NCBI GenBank assembly: GCA_938038815.1
Contig: CALHTF010000056.1
Coordinates: forward strand, 559-64,558
Length of the DNA: 64,000 nucleotides
Direction of reading: 5' to 3'
DNA from: an uncultured Acidimicrobiales bacterium
Lineage (GTDB): Bacteria > Actinomycetota > Acidimicrobiia > Acidimicrobiales > SHLQ01
The translations under genes were made by a program, and so were the position numbers. The notes beneath the pieces were generated by a model that worked only from the letters and a program-made list of their open reading frames with translations, did not search any database and was not told the origin of the DNA. This document shows positions 18,704 through 28,703 of the stretch, piece by piece; positions within the stretch are counted from its first letter, which is position 1, and each line of letters opens with the position of its first letter.

Positions 18704-19770
18704 CCGATCGTGATTCGCTAGAGGTGTCGTGGTTCGCCGCGCTTTGCGACGACGACTACGAATTCCTCGGTGTCCCAAACCCTGAGCTGGCGAGTTCGTG
18801 GCCCCATTGCCGCGACATCACCCTGGCTGCCGACCGCAACGGCTTCGACAACATCTTGTTGCCGTCGGGGTATGCCCTGGGCATCGACAGCGTGGCGTTC
18901 GCCGCTGGTGTTGCTCCGCTGGTCGAGCAGATCCAGTTGCTGTTGGCTGTGCGGATGGGCGAGATGTGGCTGCCGCAGCTCGCACGCCAGTTAGCCACAA
19001 TCGACCATATGCTTCACGGCCGCCTGACGATCAACATCATCAGCAGCGACATACCGGGCGAGACGCTCGAGTCTGAGCCTCGGTACCAACGAACCCGGGA
19101 ATGGATGCAGGTCCTGCGGTCGCTACTCAACGGCGAATCGATCGACTTCGACGGCGAGTACGTGAAGCTACAACTCGACCCGCCGCGGGTTCGCACGGTG
19201 TCGGGCACGTGCCCGCCGTTCTACTTCGGTGGGTTCTCGCCGGCCGCCAAAGATGTGGCCGCCGAATTTGCCGACGTGTTCCTTACGTGGCCCGACACCG
19301 TGGCGTCGGTGGGGGAGACGGTTGCCGAGATGACCGAGCGGGCCGCTAGGTATGACCGCCAGCTCAAGTACGGCCTGCGGGCACACATGATCGTGCGCGA
19401 GACCGAAGCTGAAGCGATCGAGGCGGCCAACCGGCTGGTGAGCAAGCTCGACGACGAGGTCGGCCAGGCGATCAAGAACAAGTCGCTCGATACCCAGTCG
19501 GCTGGCGTGTCGCGCCAGAACGAACTGCGTGAGGCGGCGGGCGACGACTGGTTTGCCGAGGAGAACCTGTGGACTGGCGTGGGCCGGGCTCGCAGTGGTG
19601 CCGGCGCCGCGATAGTCGGCGACCCTGACCAAGTGGTGGCCAAACTCCATGCCTATCAAGACGTTGGCGTGAGCGCCTTCATCTTGTCGGGGTACACCCA
19701 CCAGGCCGAGTGCGACCTAGTAGCCCAGCACGTCCTGCCCAAACTCAACCACCAACCCCTCACCTGGTAG
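18700..19770 (+). CDS. LLM-class (luciferase-like) flavin/F420-dependent oxidoreductase
   Basis: The ATG at 18700 overlaps the AKR stop (ATGA) and is preceded by gaaggag. Shows FDNILLPSGY and LTINIISS, with a TIM-barrel LLM-like layout. The longer ORF from 18430 is an out-of-context extension. Confidence 0.85.
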   Translation: MTDRDSLEVSWFAALCDDDYEFLGVPNPELASSWPHCRDITLAADRNGFDNILLPSGYALGIDSVAFAAGVAPLVEQIQLLLAVRMGEMWLPQLARQLATIDHMLHGRLTINIISSDIPGETLESEPRYQRTREWMQVLRSLLNGESIDFDGEYVKLQLDPPRVRTVSGTCPPFYFGGFSPAAKDVAAEFADVFLTWPDTVASVGETVAEMTERAARYDRQLKYGLRAHMIVRETEAEAIEAANRLVSKLDDEVGQAIKNKSLDTQSAGVSRQNELREAAGDDWFAEENLWTGVGRARSGAGAAIVGDPDQVVAKLHAYQDVGVSAFILSGYTHQAECDLVAQHVLPKLNHQPLTW

Positions 19771-19824
19771 CCCGAAACTTTTGCAGTTGAACCGCCCGGG
19801 GCGGCTCAACTGCAATCAGAACGG
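19771..19824 (-). repeat. REP-like 54-nt hairpin element, copy A (inverted relative to copy B)
   Basis: Reverse complement CCGTTCTGATTGCAGTTGAGCCGCCCCGGGCGGTTCAACTGCAAAAGTTTCGGG matches 28704-28757 at about 85 percent. Begins at the first base after the LLM stop codon. Confidence 0.75.
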
Positions 19825-19961
19825 ATGAAGCGCGGCTGAGCCCGATGCCGAAGGCGTGGAGTCGGGGGCTAGGAGAGCCCGGAGCTCGCGGAGGGCGAGG
19901 GGCGCCGATAGCGGGACATAGCGAAGCGCGGGAGCGTAGGCGCAGCCGCAGCGAGCAAGTG

Positions 19962-21131
19962 TTACAGCGCGTTGCCGGTGCTGTGGTCGAAGAAGTGAAG
20001 GCGGGCGGTGTCGACGGCGATTTCGGCGTCGTCGCCCATCCGTACCGTGCTGCGGGGGTTGAGCCGGGTGACCAGAGCCGATCCGTCGCCGGTTGCGACC
20101 TCTTCGACAGCGTCGGGGTCGCCGGTGGCGGCCGCCTTCGCATCGATTTCAAAGTGGGCCATGATCTCTGAGCCCAAGGCTTCGGTGAGCTTGACCTTGG
20201 CGGTGAACCGCTGGTTCTCGGGGTGGTCGGGCTTGAGGTTGGCGTCTTCCATGTCTTCTGGACGGATGCCAACGGTGATCGGGCCGCCGCAGCGGGCCGT
20301 CAGTTCGTTGCGCTCGGAGAACACCGATGCCGGTACATGGAGGCTCATGGTGCCGAGCGTGACGGTCGCGCCATTGTCGTCGAGTTCACTCAACCGAGCT
20401 TCGTAGAGGTTCATCGACGGCGATCCAATGAACGCCGCAACAAACACATTTGAGGGGTTGTCGTACAGGTTCTGAGGAGTGTCGACTTGCTGGAGGTAAC
20501 CGTCTTTGATGACCGCAACCCGGTCGCCCATGGTCATTGCCTCGACCTGGTCGTGGGTGACATAGAAGGTGGTGACTCCGAGCTCGCGCTGCAGACGAGC
20601 GATTTCGGCCCGCATCTGGACCCGGAGCTTGGCGTCGAGGTTCGACAGTGGCTCATCCATGAGGAAGGCGGCGGGCTGGCGCACGATGGCCCGGCCCATG
20701 GCGACTCGCTGACGCTGACCACCCGAGAGTTGGCCGGGTTTGCGATCGAGGTAGTCCTCGAGTTCGAGGATCTTGGCCGCATTGGTGACTCGGGTGTTGA
20801 TTTCGTCTTTGGAAACCTTGGACAGCTTGAGGGCAAAACCGATGTTCTCGGCCACGGTCATGTGGGGGTACAGGGCGTAGTTCTGAAAGACCATGGCGAT
20901 ATCGCGGTCTTTCGGGGCGACGTCGTTGACTACCCGGTCGCCGATCTTGAGGGTGCCATCGGTGATCTCTTCGAGCCCGGCGATCATGCGCAGGGCGGTC
21001 GACTTGCCGCAGCCCGACGGGCCGACCAGCACGAGAAACTCGCCGTCTTCGATCTCCAGATCGAGCTTGTGGATGACATGTACGCCGTTGGGATAGACCT
21101 TGTCGATCTTCTCAAGTGTCACTTGCGCCAT
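19962..21131 (-). CDS. Sugar ABC transporter ATP-binding protein (MsiK/MalK/UgpC type)
   Basis: Start at MAQVTLEK (ATG 21131). Walker [10 protein letters not shown], signature LSGGQRQR, Walker [12 protein letters not shown], and a C-terminal TOBE-like regulatory domain. Confidence 0.95.
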   Translation of the reverse strand: MAQVTLEKIDKVYPNGVHVIHKLDLEIEDGEFLVLVGPSGCGKSTALRMIAGLEEITDGTLKIGDRVVNDVAPKDRDIAMVFQNYALYPHMTVAENIGFALKLSKVSKDEINTRVTNAAKILELEDYLDRKPGQLSGGQRQRVAMGRAIVRQPAAFLMDEPLSNLDAKLRVQMRAEIARLQRELGVTTFYVTHDQVEAMTMGDRVAVIKDGYLQQVDTPQNLYDNPSNVFVAAFIGSPSMNLYEARLSELDDNGATVTLGTMSLHVPASVFSERNELTARCGGPITVGIRPEDMEDANLKPDHPENQRFTAKVKLTEALGSEIMAHFEIDAKAAATGDPDAVEEVATGDGSALVTRLNPRSTVRMGDDAEIAVDTARLHFFDHSTGNAL

Positions 21132-21272
21132 TGTAAATCTTCCCCTGTGAGATTGATGATGCCCCAACGTTCGGATGCCGAACTGGCTTCTAGAGTAACC
21201 CATGAGGTTGGCTGATTCGAAGGCGAGCACGCACGTTGCTTTGGGCTAGTTAAAGCCCGCGCTTGACGGACG

Positions 21273-21288
21273 TCGAACGTATGTTCGA
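21273..21288. promoter_or_regulatory. LexA (SOS) box TCGAAC-GTAT-GTTCGA
   Basis: Perfect match to the actinobacterial SOS box TCGAAC(N4)GTTCGA. It sits between a TTGACG (21263-21268) and a GATACT (21287-21292) promoter-like pair, directly at the 5' end of imuA'. Confidence 0.85.
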
Positions 21289-22069
21289 TACTCAAGTCAT
21301 GGTTGCTCAACGGGTGCCCAAACCCTCACTGAAGGCACTCGCTGACCTTGCGCAGACCCCGGTCACTATGGCTGGCGAGCAGCTTCTTGGCTTGAGCGAA
21401 CCCTTGGCTGCGGTGGTGCCGTGGGGTGGTTTGCGTAGAGGAATGGGTGTGTCGGTGCGGGGTACCGCAGGGTTGGGTTCGACCTCGTTTGCCTTGGCGC
21501 TGTTGGCCGAAGCCACCCAACAAGGCTCGTGGGCGGCGCTGGTTGGCGTGCCGACCATGGGATTGGCGGCGGCCCAAGAGTATGGGGTGGTGCTCGAGCG
21601 GGTCGCGGTGATCGATCGCCCCGATCCCGAACTTTGGGCTTCGGCAACCGGCGCGTTGTTGGGAGCTTTCGACCTGGTGGTTATCTCCCCCCAGCATCGA
21701 CTGCGCCCGGCCGACCAGCGGCGGATCCTGGCTCGAGCTCGCGAACGCGGCACGGTCATCATCACCGTCGATGCCGAACCGTTGGGCACGAGCGACCTGG
21801 TCTTCACGGTGGTCCGGGCGAGCTGGAAAGGTTTGGGCGATGGCCACGGACACCTACAAAGCCGGCAGGTCGATGTACGAATCGAGGGCCGGCGGGAAGC
21901 GTCGCGGCCCCGCATTGTGAGGCTTGGCCTCCCTGGCACATCGGGGTCGATCGAACTGATCGACGATCTCGACGACCAACTGCGACCCATCGCTGCGCAG
22001 CGGACGGCCCCCAAACGTCGGGTGGTGGTTCCGCTGGTGCGCGAAACCCCCACCGAATCCGTTGGGTAG
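21281..22069 (+). CDS. imuA': ImuA'-like (RecA-fold, SOS-inducible mutagenesis cassette protein)
   Basis: Shows VVPWGGLRRGMGVSVRGTAGLGSTSFALALLAEATQQGSWAALVG and DLVVISP, typical of the cell-division-inhibitor/ImuA' family. Preceded by a LexA box and followed by imuB. Start is ambiguous (TTG 21263, ATG 21281, ATG 21299). Confidence 0.8.
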   Translation: MFDTQVMVAQRVPKPSLKALADLAQTPVTMAGEQLLGLSEPLAAVVPWGGLRRGMGVSVRGTAGLGSTSFALALLAEATQQGSWAALVGVPTMGLAAAQEYGVVLERVAVIDRPDPELWASATGALLGAFDLVVISPQHRLRPADQRRILARARERGTVIITVDAEPLGTSDLVFTVVRASWKGLGDGHGHLQSRQVDVRIEGRREASRPRIVRLGLPGTSGSIELIDDLDDQLRPIAAQRTAPKRRVVVPLVRETPTESVG

Positions 22070-23696
22070 GGGCAAACAACACCAGCTGGTCATCGGAGGT
22101 AACGGCGAACCACAGCCGGTGCGGACCCTAGCGGTGTGGTGTCTCGACTGGCCGGTGGTGGCTGCTGGGTATACGCCCGACCAGTTGGTTGCGGTGGTGT
22201 GGGCCAACCGGGTGGTGGCGAGTTCGGCTGCGGCTCGCGAACGAGGGGTCACCCGAGGGCTGCGGCGACGCGAAGCTCAAGGCCGATGCCCGCAGGTCGA
22301 GGTGGTCGAACGCGACTTGTCGGTCGAGGCCCGAGCCTTCGAACGGGTGCTGCTCGCGGTCGAACAGATCACGCCGCGGGTCGAACTCACCCGCCCGGGC
22401 CGATGCGCCTTCCCGACCCGGGGGCCGTCTCGTTACTTTGGCGGCGATCAGGCGCTCGCCGAGTTGGTGCACGAGAAGGTCACCGAAGCACTGCGGGGGT
22501 CGACCACCTGTAGGGTCGGGGTCGCCGACGGACCCTTCGCCAGCGAACTTGCGGCCCGGCATCGCCGCTCAGAAGCGACTGGCTCGCTGGTCATCGACCC
22601 GGGTGAGGCGCCGCCGTTTCTCGCGCCGCTGGCCATCACGACCCTCGAGCGGCCAGAGCTATCCGACGTGTTGTTTCGCCTTGGGGTCACCACATTGGGC
22701 GACTACGCAAAGCTGCCCGCCGCCGATGTGTTGGCCCGTTTCGGCGACGAAGGTCTGCTCGCTCACCGGTTGGCGTCCGGGCTCGACGAACGCCCGCCCG
22801 CAACCCGGATGCCGCTGCTCGACATGGCGGTCACCGCCGAGATCGACCCGCCTGCCGAACGGGTCGACCAGGCGGCCTTCGTAGCGCGAAGCCTCGCCGA
22901 ACAGCTCAACGAAGCGCTCGAAAAACGAGGCGCAGTGTGCACCACGGTCGCGATCGAAGCCGAAACCGAACAAGGTGAAACCCAAGTCCGGTGGTGGCGC
23001 CATGAGGGGGCCTTGTCGGCGGCCGCCATCGTCGACCGGGCGCGTTGGCAACTCGATGGGTGGCTCAACGGCAGCGAAGTTTCGCGGCCCACCGGAGGGT
23101 TGATCCGCCTCACCTTGGCACCCGAAGACATCGTCGCCGCCAAGGGTCGCCAGCTCGGATTCTGGGGTGGGGCAACCGAAGCCGACGACCGAGCACTACG
23201 CGCTCTCACCCGGGTCCAAGGGTTATTGGGTATCGAGGCCGTGCAAGTACCCGAACTCGCCGGCGGTCGTAGCCCGGGCGAACAGGTGCGGCTTATACCG
23301 CTGGCCACCACCGACACCGAAGCCCGCCTCGAAACCGAAAGTTCCGGGCAAGCAACCAAGGTCACCTTGCCGCCCTGGCCCGGTCGTCTGCCCACCCCAT
23401 CGCCGGCGACCATCCACCAGGCAGCCCTGCCGCTAGGGGTGCTTGGCTCCGATGGCAACGCGGTGGCGGTCAGCGGCCGTGGCCTGCTTTCGGCGCCACC
23501 GGTGCGGCTGGTGTTTCCCGGCGAACAACCCCGCAATGTCGAGGCGTGGGCCGGCCCGTGGCCTATCGATGAACGTTGGTGGGACGACCGCACCCGCCGC
23601 CGTTGCGCCCGACTCCAAGTGGTTACCAGCGACGGCATCGCCCGGCTTCTCGTCCTCGAGGGCGGCGCCTGGTTCCTCGAAGCAACCTACGATTAA
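22062..23696 (+). CDS. imuB: ImuB (catalytically inactive Y-family polymerase-like protein)
   Basis: 544-aa ORF. Shows RTLAVWCLDWPVVAAG, the characteristic ImuB N-terminus, and a UmuC-like fold. The start may be the GTG at 22119. Confidence 0.85.
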   Translation: MGRGKQHQLVIGGNGEPQPVRTLAVWCLDWPVVAAGYTPDQLVAVVWANRVVASSAAARERGVTRGLRRREAQGRCPQVEVVERDLSVEARAFERVLLAVEQITPRVELTRPGRCAFPTRGPSRYFGGDQALAELVHEKVTEALRGSTTCRVGVADGPFASELAARHRRSEATGSLVIDPGEAPPFLAPLAITTLERPELSDVLFRLGVTTLGDYAKLPAADVLARFGDEGLLAHRLASGLDERPPATRMPLLDMAVTAEIDPPAERVDQAAFVARSLAEQLNEALEKRGAVCTTVAIEAETEQGETQVRWWRHEGALSAAAIVDRARWQLDGWLNGSEVSRPTGGLIRLTLAPEDIVAAKGRQLGFWGGATEADDRALRALTRVQGLLGIEAVQVPELAGGRSPGEQVRLIPLATTDTEARLETESSGQATKVTLPPWPGRLPTPSPATIHQAALPLGVLGSDGNAVAVSGRGLLSAPPVRLVFPGEQPRNVEAWAGPWPIDERWWDDRTRRRCARLQVVTSDGIARLLVLEGGAWFLEATYD

Positions 23697-24376
23697 CAGG
23701 GTTGGTCTCTGACCACGTACTGGAACACTCGCCACCGATCATCGCCCTCGAAATCCATCACGACCTCTCGGCGCTGTGGTCCTAGGTTTTCATCCTGGCT
23801 CTCAATCGAGCCATCGGCGCTGGTGATGGTCCAGTCCTCGGAGAAACAATCAATGATCAGCAAGCCCGACGGGTTGATCCACTCTTCGAACCTTGGGTTG
23901 GTTGTGTAGGTGCCCTCGAACGTCAACGCTTCATCGAGGTAGCGCTGACGTTGGTCGACGAGCCAGGTCAGTACAACGTTGGTACTGAGTTTCGAAATTT
24001 CGGGGCTGTCGGGGGCGGGAGGGTTCGCAGTTGCGACACGCATTTGTTGCCACTCGAGGTAGGTCGAAACCGCCTCGGCCTCAGCGTCTGGGTGGCGGTA
24101 ATCCGCCGGCAATCTGTCGTATCTTGACGGCCGGTTCCCGTTCAGTAGCGGCGGTCCAATTTGGGCAGGCCATGTCGGACCCTCCACGACTTCGTTCGGG
24201 CTAGTGGTTGGCGCGGTCGTCGTGCTGGTTTCCGGTAGCGCCTCGGCGGGCGTCGTGATCGCAACCTCAACGGCCGGAGCCGGGGTGGTGGGGGCGGCAC
24301 CATCGGTCGTTCCGCCACAGGCCGCGCCGGCAAGAAAAATCACCACCAGCATGCAGGAGATGCGCGGCCTCGTCAT
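23693..24376 (-). CDS. Hypothetical secreted lipoprotein
   Basis: MTRPRISCMLVVIFLAGAACGG gives a signal peptide plus lipobox, followed by a T/P/A-rich linker. Last gene of a minus-strand overlapping gene string. Its stop shares TTAA with the imuB stop. Confidence 0.7.
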   Translation of the reverse strand: MTRPRISCMLVVIFLAGAACGGTTDGAAPTTPAPAVEVAITTPAEALPETSTTTAPTTSPNEVVEGPTWPAQIGPPLLNGNRPSRYDRLPADYRHPDAEAEAVSTYLEWQQMRVATANPPAPDSPEISKLSTNVVLTWLVDQRQRYLDEALTFEGTYTTNPRFEEWINPSGLLIIDCFSEDWTITSADGSIESQDENLGPQRREVVMDFEGDDRWRVFQYVVRDQPC

Positions 24377-24393
24377 CGCCCCATAGTGCCAGC

Positions 24394-25899
24394 TCAAACC
24401 GTTGGGAGGTTGTTCACCTGGTTGGCAAGCTCACGTCGGTCGACCTTGGCGTTGGCGTTGCGGGGGAACTCTTCTACGAACACCAGAGCCTCGGGCAACT
24501 TGTAGGCCGCAAGCGATTCGCCGGCGTGGGCCCGCAACTCCTCAAGGGTGGGTGGGTTGTCGGGATCGGCTGCCACGACGGCGGCCACCCCAACCTCGCC
24601 CATCACGTCGTCGGGCCGTGGGATCACCACCGACTCAAGTACTCCAGGGTGGGTGCTGAGCACCGACTCGACCTCGAGCGGGTACACGTTGTAGCCACCC
24701 CGGATAAACATTTCCTTTACCCGGCCGGCAAGGCGAACCAGGCCAGCATCGTCGACGAGCGCCAGGTCGCCGGTGCGGAGCCAGCCATCGACGATGGTGT
24801 CGGCCGTGGCCTCGGGGTTTCGCCAATAACTATCCATCATGGCGGGCGACCGGAGCCACAATTCGCCGATCTCACCATCGGGGAGCGCGGCGAGGTCTTC
24901 GCCCCGAACCTCCACATCGACACCGGAACGCGGCCGCCCAACGGTATGGAGCACCTCTTCGTCGTCGGCATCGGGAGCCGTGCCGAGGCCGATGCCGCCG
25001 CTCTCGGTTGAGGAGTACCGGATCACGTAGTTGGCCCCGAAGCGTTTGCGGGCTTCGGCGACCAGTGCCGGGGGAGAGGCCGCGGCTCCGGCGACGATCG
25101 TGGTCACCGCCGAGAAGTCGTAGTCGTCGAAGTTTGGTTGGCGAAGCAACAGCGCAACCTGCGGGGCAACCCCGGCGATGACGGGCATGCGGTACTCGTG
25201 CAGCAGTTCGAGAACTCGGGCCGCCTTCCACTTGTGTTGGAGGTGCGTGGTGCTGCCGCTGGCGAGAAGCCACGGCCATTTCGTCATAAACCCAACGTGG
25301 GCGAACTCGGTGGGGGCGACGGCGTGGCCGCCACCGCCCCACGCCCCACCGGTATCGAGGTCGCGGATCGCTTCGAGCTGGCGGTTGGTAAACAACGCTC
25401 CTTTGGGGTGGCCGGTCGAGCCCGAGGTAAAGCAGATCGTGACCGGTCGGTCGATGTTGTCGGGCAAGGGGTCGACGGTTGCTCCGTCGGCTCGGAGTTC
25501 GCGAAGGACCTCGGCCGCGTCGCCAGCTGGCTCGATGAGCACCAAGGACGCCGAGGATTCTTCGAGGCCGCCCGCCAGGTCGGCGGTGGCGATGATCACT
25601 TCGGCAGCGACGGTTTCGATCGCCGACAAACGCTCGGCCGGTTGGTAACGCGGGTTGATACCGGCGGTGATCGCCCCGAGCTTCGCCAAAGCCGCATAGG
25701 CGACGAGGTAGTCGATGGTCGATGGCAAGGCCAGCACCACGACGGTTCCCTCCGCTACTCCCCGCTCCGCTAGTCCGGCCGCCGCTTCGTCGGAGTGCCG
25801 GTCGAGTTGTTCGTAGGTGAACGGCCAGCCGTCGGCGCTCACATAGGCGACATGGTCGCCGTAGTCGTTCGCCGCCTTGCGGACGACTGCGCCCAGCAT
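24394..25899 (-). CDS. Acyl-CoA synthetase / AMP-dependent ligase (FadD-like)
   Basis: 501 aa. AMP-binding motif TSGSTGHPKG, GEIGELWLRSP, and TGDLA...GRVKEMFIRGGYNVYP. Confidence 0.9.
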   Translation of the reverse strand: MLGAVVRKAANDYGDHVAYVSADGWPFTYEQLDRHSDEAAAGLAERGVAEGTVVVLALPSTIDYLVAYAALAKLGAITAGINPRYQPAERLSAIETVAAEVIIATADLAGGLEESSASLVLIEPAGDAAEVLRELRADGATVDPLPDNIDRPVTICFTSGSTGHPKGALFTNRQLEAIRDLDTGGAWGGGGHAVAPTEFAHVGFMTKWPWLLASGSTTHLQHKWKAARVLELLHEYRMPVIAGVAPQVALLLRQPNFDDYDFSAVTTIVAGAAASPPALVAEARKRFGANYVIRYSSTESGGIGLGTAPDADDEEVLHTVGRPRSGVDVEVRGEDLAALPDGEIGELWLRSPAMMDSYWRNPEATADTIVDGWLRTGDLALVDDAGLVRLAGRVKEMFIRGGYNVYPLEVESVLSTHPGVLESVVIPRPDDVMGEVGVAAVVAADPDNPPTLEELRAHAGESLAAYKLPEALVFVEEFPRNANAKVDRRELANQVNNLPTV

Positions 25900-26402
25900 C
25901 AGTTGTCCAGGAACTCAGCGGTGCTGCCGCCAAGCGGGATAGGCGACATACCAAGCTTGCGATGATCCCACGACCGAATCCGGTCGACATCGAGACGGAC
26001 CGCTACCCGTTTGTGCAACATGACCTCAACAAAGGGAGCCATCTCCTCGGTGTACGGTCCGGTGTAGCGCTCCCAAACACTCACGCCGACCTTCCAGAGT
26101 TGATCCGGGTCGTCGATGATCGCTCCTTGGCCATCGATCGAAACGCCTCGCAAGGTGTCGTAGGTGTTGCCGGCCTCGATCATCACGGTCAGGGCGTTGT
26201 TGCGTCGCAGGTTGACGACCTTTTGGGCCTTTGCCTTGGTCTCGAACCACAACACGCCGTCGATCAGGCCATACCACATGGCCACCAGATGAGGCGCGCC
26301 GTTTGGTCCGACAGTGGCCATCGTTGCGTTGCGTGATTGCTCGATGAACTGGGCGACCTCGTCGCTCGTCATCTCGATCTTTGAACGTTCGTTGGTGCCC
26401 AT
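25899..26402 (-). CDS. PPOX-class (pyridoxamine 5'-phosphate oxidase-like) probable F420-dependent enzyme
   Basis: 167 aa. Shows ATMATVGPNGAPHLVAMWY and a split-barrel family pattern. Its stop overlaps the fadD-like start by 1 nt. Confidence 0.8.
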   Translation of the reverse strand: MGTNERSKIEMTSDEVAQFIEQSRNATMATVGPNGAPHLVAMWYGLIDGVLWFETKAKAQKVVNLRRNNALTVMIEAGNTYDTLRGVSIDGQGAIIDDPDQLWKVGVSVWERYTGPYTEEMAPFVEVMLHKRVAVRLDVDRIRSWDHRKLGMSPIPLGGSTAEFLDN

Positions 26403-26405
26403 CAG

Positions 26406-27365
26406 CTACGCCAGCGCTTCTTCGATCTTGGCCATCGCTTCGTCGTCGATCGCTTCGACCACTTCCATGGCCGCCATGTTCTCGGTCACTTGCGACGCTC
26501 GGCTGGCGCCGGTGATAACGGTCGAAACGTGGGAGTTCTTCAGGCACCACGCAATGGCGAGTTGGGCCATCGAGCATCCCAAGCCATCGGCGATCGGGAT
26601 CAGTTTGGCGACCCGGGCCAGGTTGGTCTCGTCGGTGAGTTGGTCGGCCAGCCATTGGTATTCGGGAAGGGCTGCTCGGCTGTCGTCGGGGATTCCGTCT
26701 TGGTACTTGCCGGTCAAGATGCCCGAGGCCAGCGGCGACCAGATGGTGGTGCCGAGCCCAAACTCTTCATACAGCGGGGCGTAACTGTCTTCGACCAATT
26801 CGCGGTGCAACATGCTGTACTGCGGCTGTTCGGTTACCGGGCGGCGCAGCCCGAGGCGATCGGCGACGCCGTACGCCTCTCGTAGCTCGGCGGCCGACCA
26901 CATCGAGGTGCCCCAATAGGTGGCTTGGCCTCGGTCGACCATGTCGTGCATGGCCCACACGATCTCTTCCATTGGGGTGTCGGGGTCGCAGCGATGGCAA
27001 TACGCAATGTCGACATAGTCGAGGCCGAGTCGCTCGAGCGAACCTTCGATGGCGCCCAAAAGGTACTTGCGGTTCAGGGTGTTTCGGGTGTTTGGGCCGT
27101 CGTGAATACCAAAGAAGAACTTGGTCGACACGATGTACTCGTGACGCGGCCACTCGAGCTGTGCAAAGACGTTTCCCATAATGGTTTCGGAGGCGCCGCC
27201 GGCGTAGGCCTCGGCGTTGTCGAAAAAGTTGACGCCGCTATCCCAGGCCGCCTGCATGCAGCTGGCGGCACGGTCGGTGTCGAGTTGGGTGTCGAAGGTG
27301 ACCCACGAGCCGAACGACAACGCGCTGACCTTGAGACCACTGGTTCCTAGACGTCGATATTCCAT
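26406..27365 (-). CDS. Aldo/keto reductase (Kv-beta-like subgroup)
   Basis: 319 aa. Shows [33 protein letters not shown], and [11 protein letters not shown]. Confidence 0.9.
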   Translation of the reverse strand: MEYRRLGTSGLKVSALSFGSWVTFDTQLDTDRAASCMQAAWDSGVNFFDNAEAYAGGASETIMGNVFAQLEWPRHEYIVSTKFFFGIHDGPNTRNTLNRKYLLGAIEGSLERLGLDYVDIAYCHRCDPDTPMEEIVWAMHDMVDRGQATYWGTSMWSAAELREAYGVADRLGLRRPVTEQPQYSMLHRELVEDSYAPLYEEFGLGTTIWSPLASGILTGKYQDGIPDDSRAALPEYQWLADQLTDETNLARVAKLIPIADGLGCSMAQLAIAWCLKNSHVSTVITGASRASQVTENMAAMEVVEAIDDEAMAKIEEALA

Positions 27366-27490
27366 GGGCGGACCTTAGTTAGGCTCCGACCGAAGCGACA
27401 TTTCCGCGCTGGTCCTTGGCTGAAATTCGATTGGCAAATGTTGCCCGAACGAGATCGCTCCGGGGAGGGCGAACCGTTACAGTCCGTTAC

Positions 27491-28699
27491 GTGGATTTTC
27501 AGCTGTCGGAGTCCGAAGAAGCCTTCCGAGACGAGGTGCGTACCTGGCTTGAGGAGCACCTGGTTGGCGAGTTTGCCGACCTGCGAGGCCGAGGTGGCGT
27601 TGGCCAAGAAGATATTCCGCTCGAGATGCAGATGGCGTGGGAGAAGGAGCTGGCCTCGGGAGGCTGGTTGGGTCTTGGCTACCCGACCGACCTTGGGGGC
27701 CGCACCGTAAGCCTGTTCGAACAGGTCGTGTTTTTCTCGACCTATGTCGAAGCCGGCGGCCCGGGCCGAATCCCCAACATGGGCGCAACGTTGCTCGGCC
27801 CAACCGTGGTCGCCTACGGCACCCCCGAGCAACAACAGCGGTTCGTCCCGCCGATTTTGGCCGGCGAAGAGTGGTGGTGTCAGGGCTACTCCGAACCAAA
27901 CGCCGGCTCGGACCTTGCCAACGTCGGCACCAAAGCGGCGCTCGATGGCGGCGAGTGGGTTATCAACGGGCAAAAGGTCTGGACCTCCTTAGCGCAGGTT
28001 TCGGACTGGTGTTTTGTGGTCGCCCGCACCGAGCCGGGTACTGAACGCCACGCCGGGCTGTCGTACCTGTTGGTGCCGATGGATCAGCCGGGTATCGAAA
28101 CCCGTCCGATTATCCAGATCACCGGCGGCGACGAGTTCAACGAAGTGTTCTTCTCCGACGCAAAGACGGCTGAGGAGAACGTGGTCGGCGAACTGGGCCA
28201 AGGCTGGGCGGTGGCGATGGGCACCCTTGGCTTCGAACGTGGCGCCTCGACCCTTGGCCAGCAGATGACCTACCGGGCCGAGCTCGACGACCTGCTCCGG
28301 TACGCCAAGCGCACAGGCGTCAACACCGATCCCGTCCTTCGTCAAGAACTCGCCCAGGCGTACAGCACGCTCGAGATCATGCGCTTTAACAACCTGCGCA
28401 TGCTCTCGATCGAAGCATCGGGTGGTGTTCCGGGGCCCGAGATGTCGATCGGCAAACTGTATTGGGCAAGTTGGCACCGGATGCTCGGCGAATTGCTGAT
28501 CCGGTCGCGAGGGGCCAGCGGCATGGTGGCCGACGATTCGGTGTTTGGCGAGCAGTACCCGATCGACTCGATGCAGCGCACGTTCCTTTACAGCCGAGCC
28601 CACACGATCTACGGCGGCAGTAACCAGGTACAACGCAATGTGCTTGGCGAACGGGTGCTCGGCCTTCCCCGCGAACCAAAACCCCCAACGACGACCTAA
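27491..28699 (+). CDS. Acyl-CoA dehydrogenase
   Basis: DFQLSESEEAFRDEVRTWL N-terminus after the GTG at 27491 (the ORF can extend to ATG 27416). Shows YSEPNAGSDLANV and IYGGSNQVQRNVLG. Confidence 0.9.
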   Translation: MDFQLSESEEAFRDEVRTWLEEHLVGEFADLRGRGGVGQEDIPLEMQMAWEKELASGGWLGLGYPTDLGGRTVSLFEQVVFFSTYVEAGGPGRIPNMGATLLGPTVVAYGTPEQQQRFVPPILAGEEWWCQGYSEPNAGSDLANVGTKAALDGGEWVINGQKVWTSLAQVSDWCFVVARTEPGTERHAGLSYLLVPMDQPGIETRPIIQITGGDEFNEVFFSDAKTAEENVVGELGQGWAVAMGTLGFERGASTLGQQMTYRAELDDLLRYAKRTGVNTDPVLRQELAQAYSTLEIMRFNNLRMLSIEASGGVPGPEMSIGKLYWASWHRMLGELLIRSRGASGMVADDSVFGEQYPIDSMQRTFLYSRAHTIYGGSNQVQRNVLGERVLGLPREPKPPTTT

Positions 28700-28703
28700 C
28701 ATC

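Noticed and set aside
19825-19961. Strongly G/A-rich 137-nt spacer after REP-like copy A, with several G-runs and the ORF 19845-20171 (+).
   Set aside because: The ORF runs antisense into the ATPase gene and translates to R/G/E low-complexity sequence. The G-tract spacing is too long for a canonical G-quadruplex. No second copy occurs in the window. It is kept only as a note within the REP finding.
21168-21183. Inverted repeat CGTTCGG-AT-GCCGAAC in the 5' UTR of the MsiK-like ATPase, superficially resembling SOS half-sites.
   Set aside because: The half-site order is GTTCG..CGAAC, the reverse of the LexA box TCGAAC-N4-GTTCGA. It is more likely a simple UTR hairpin.
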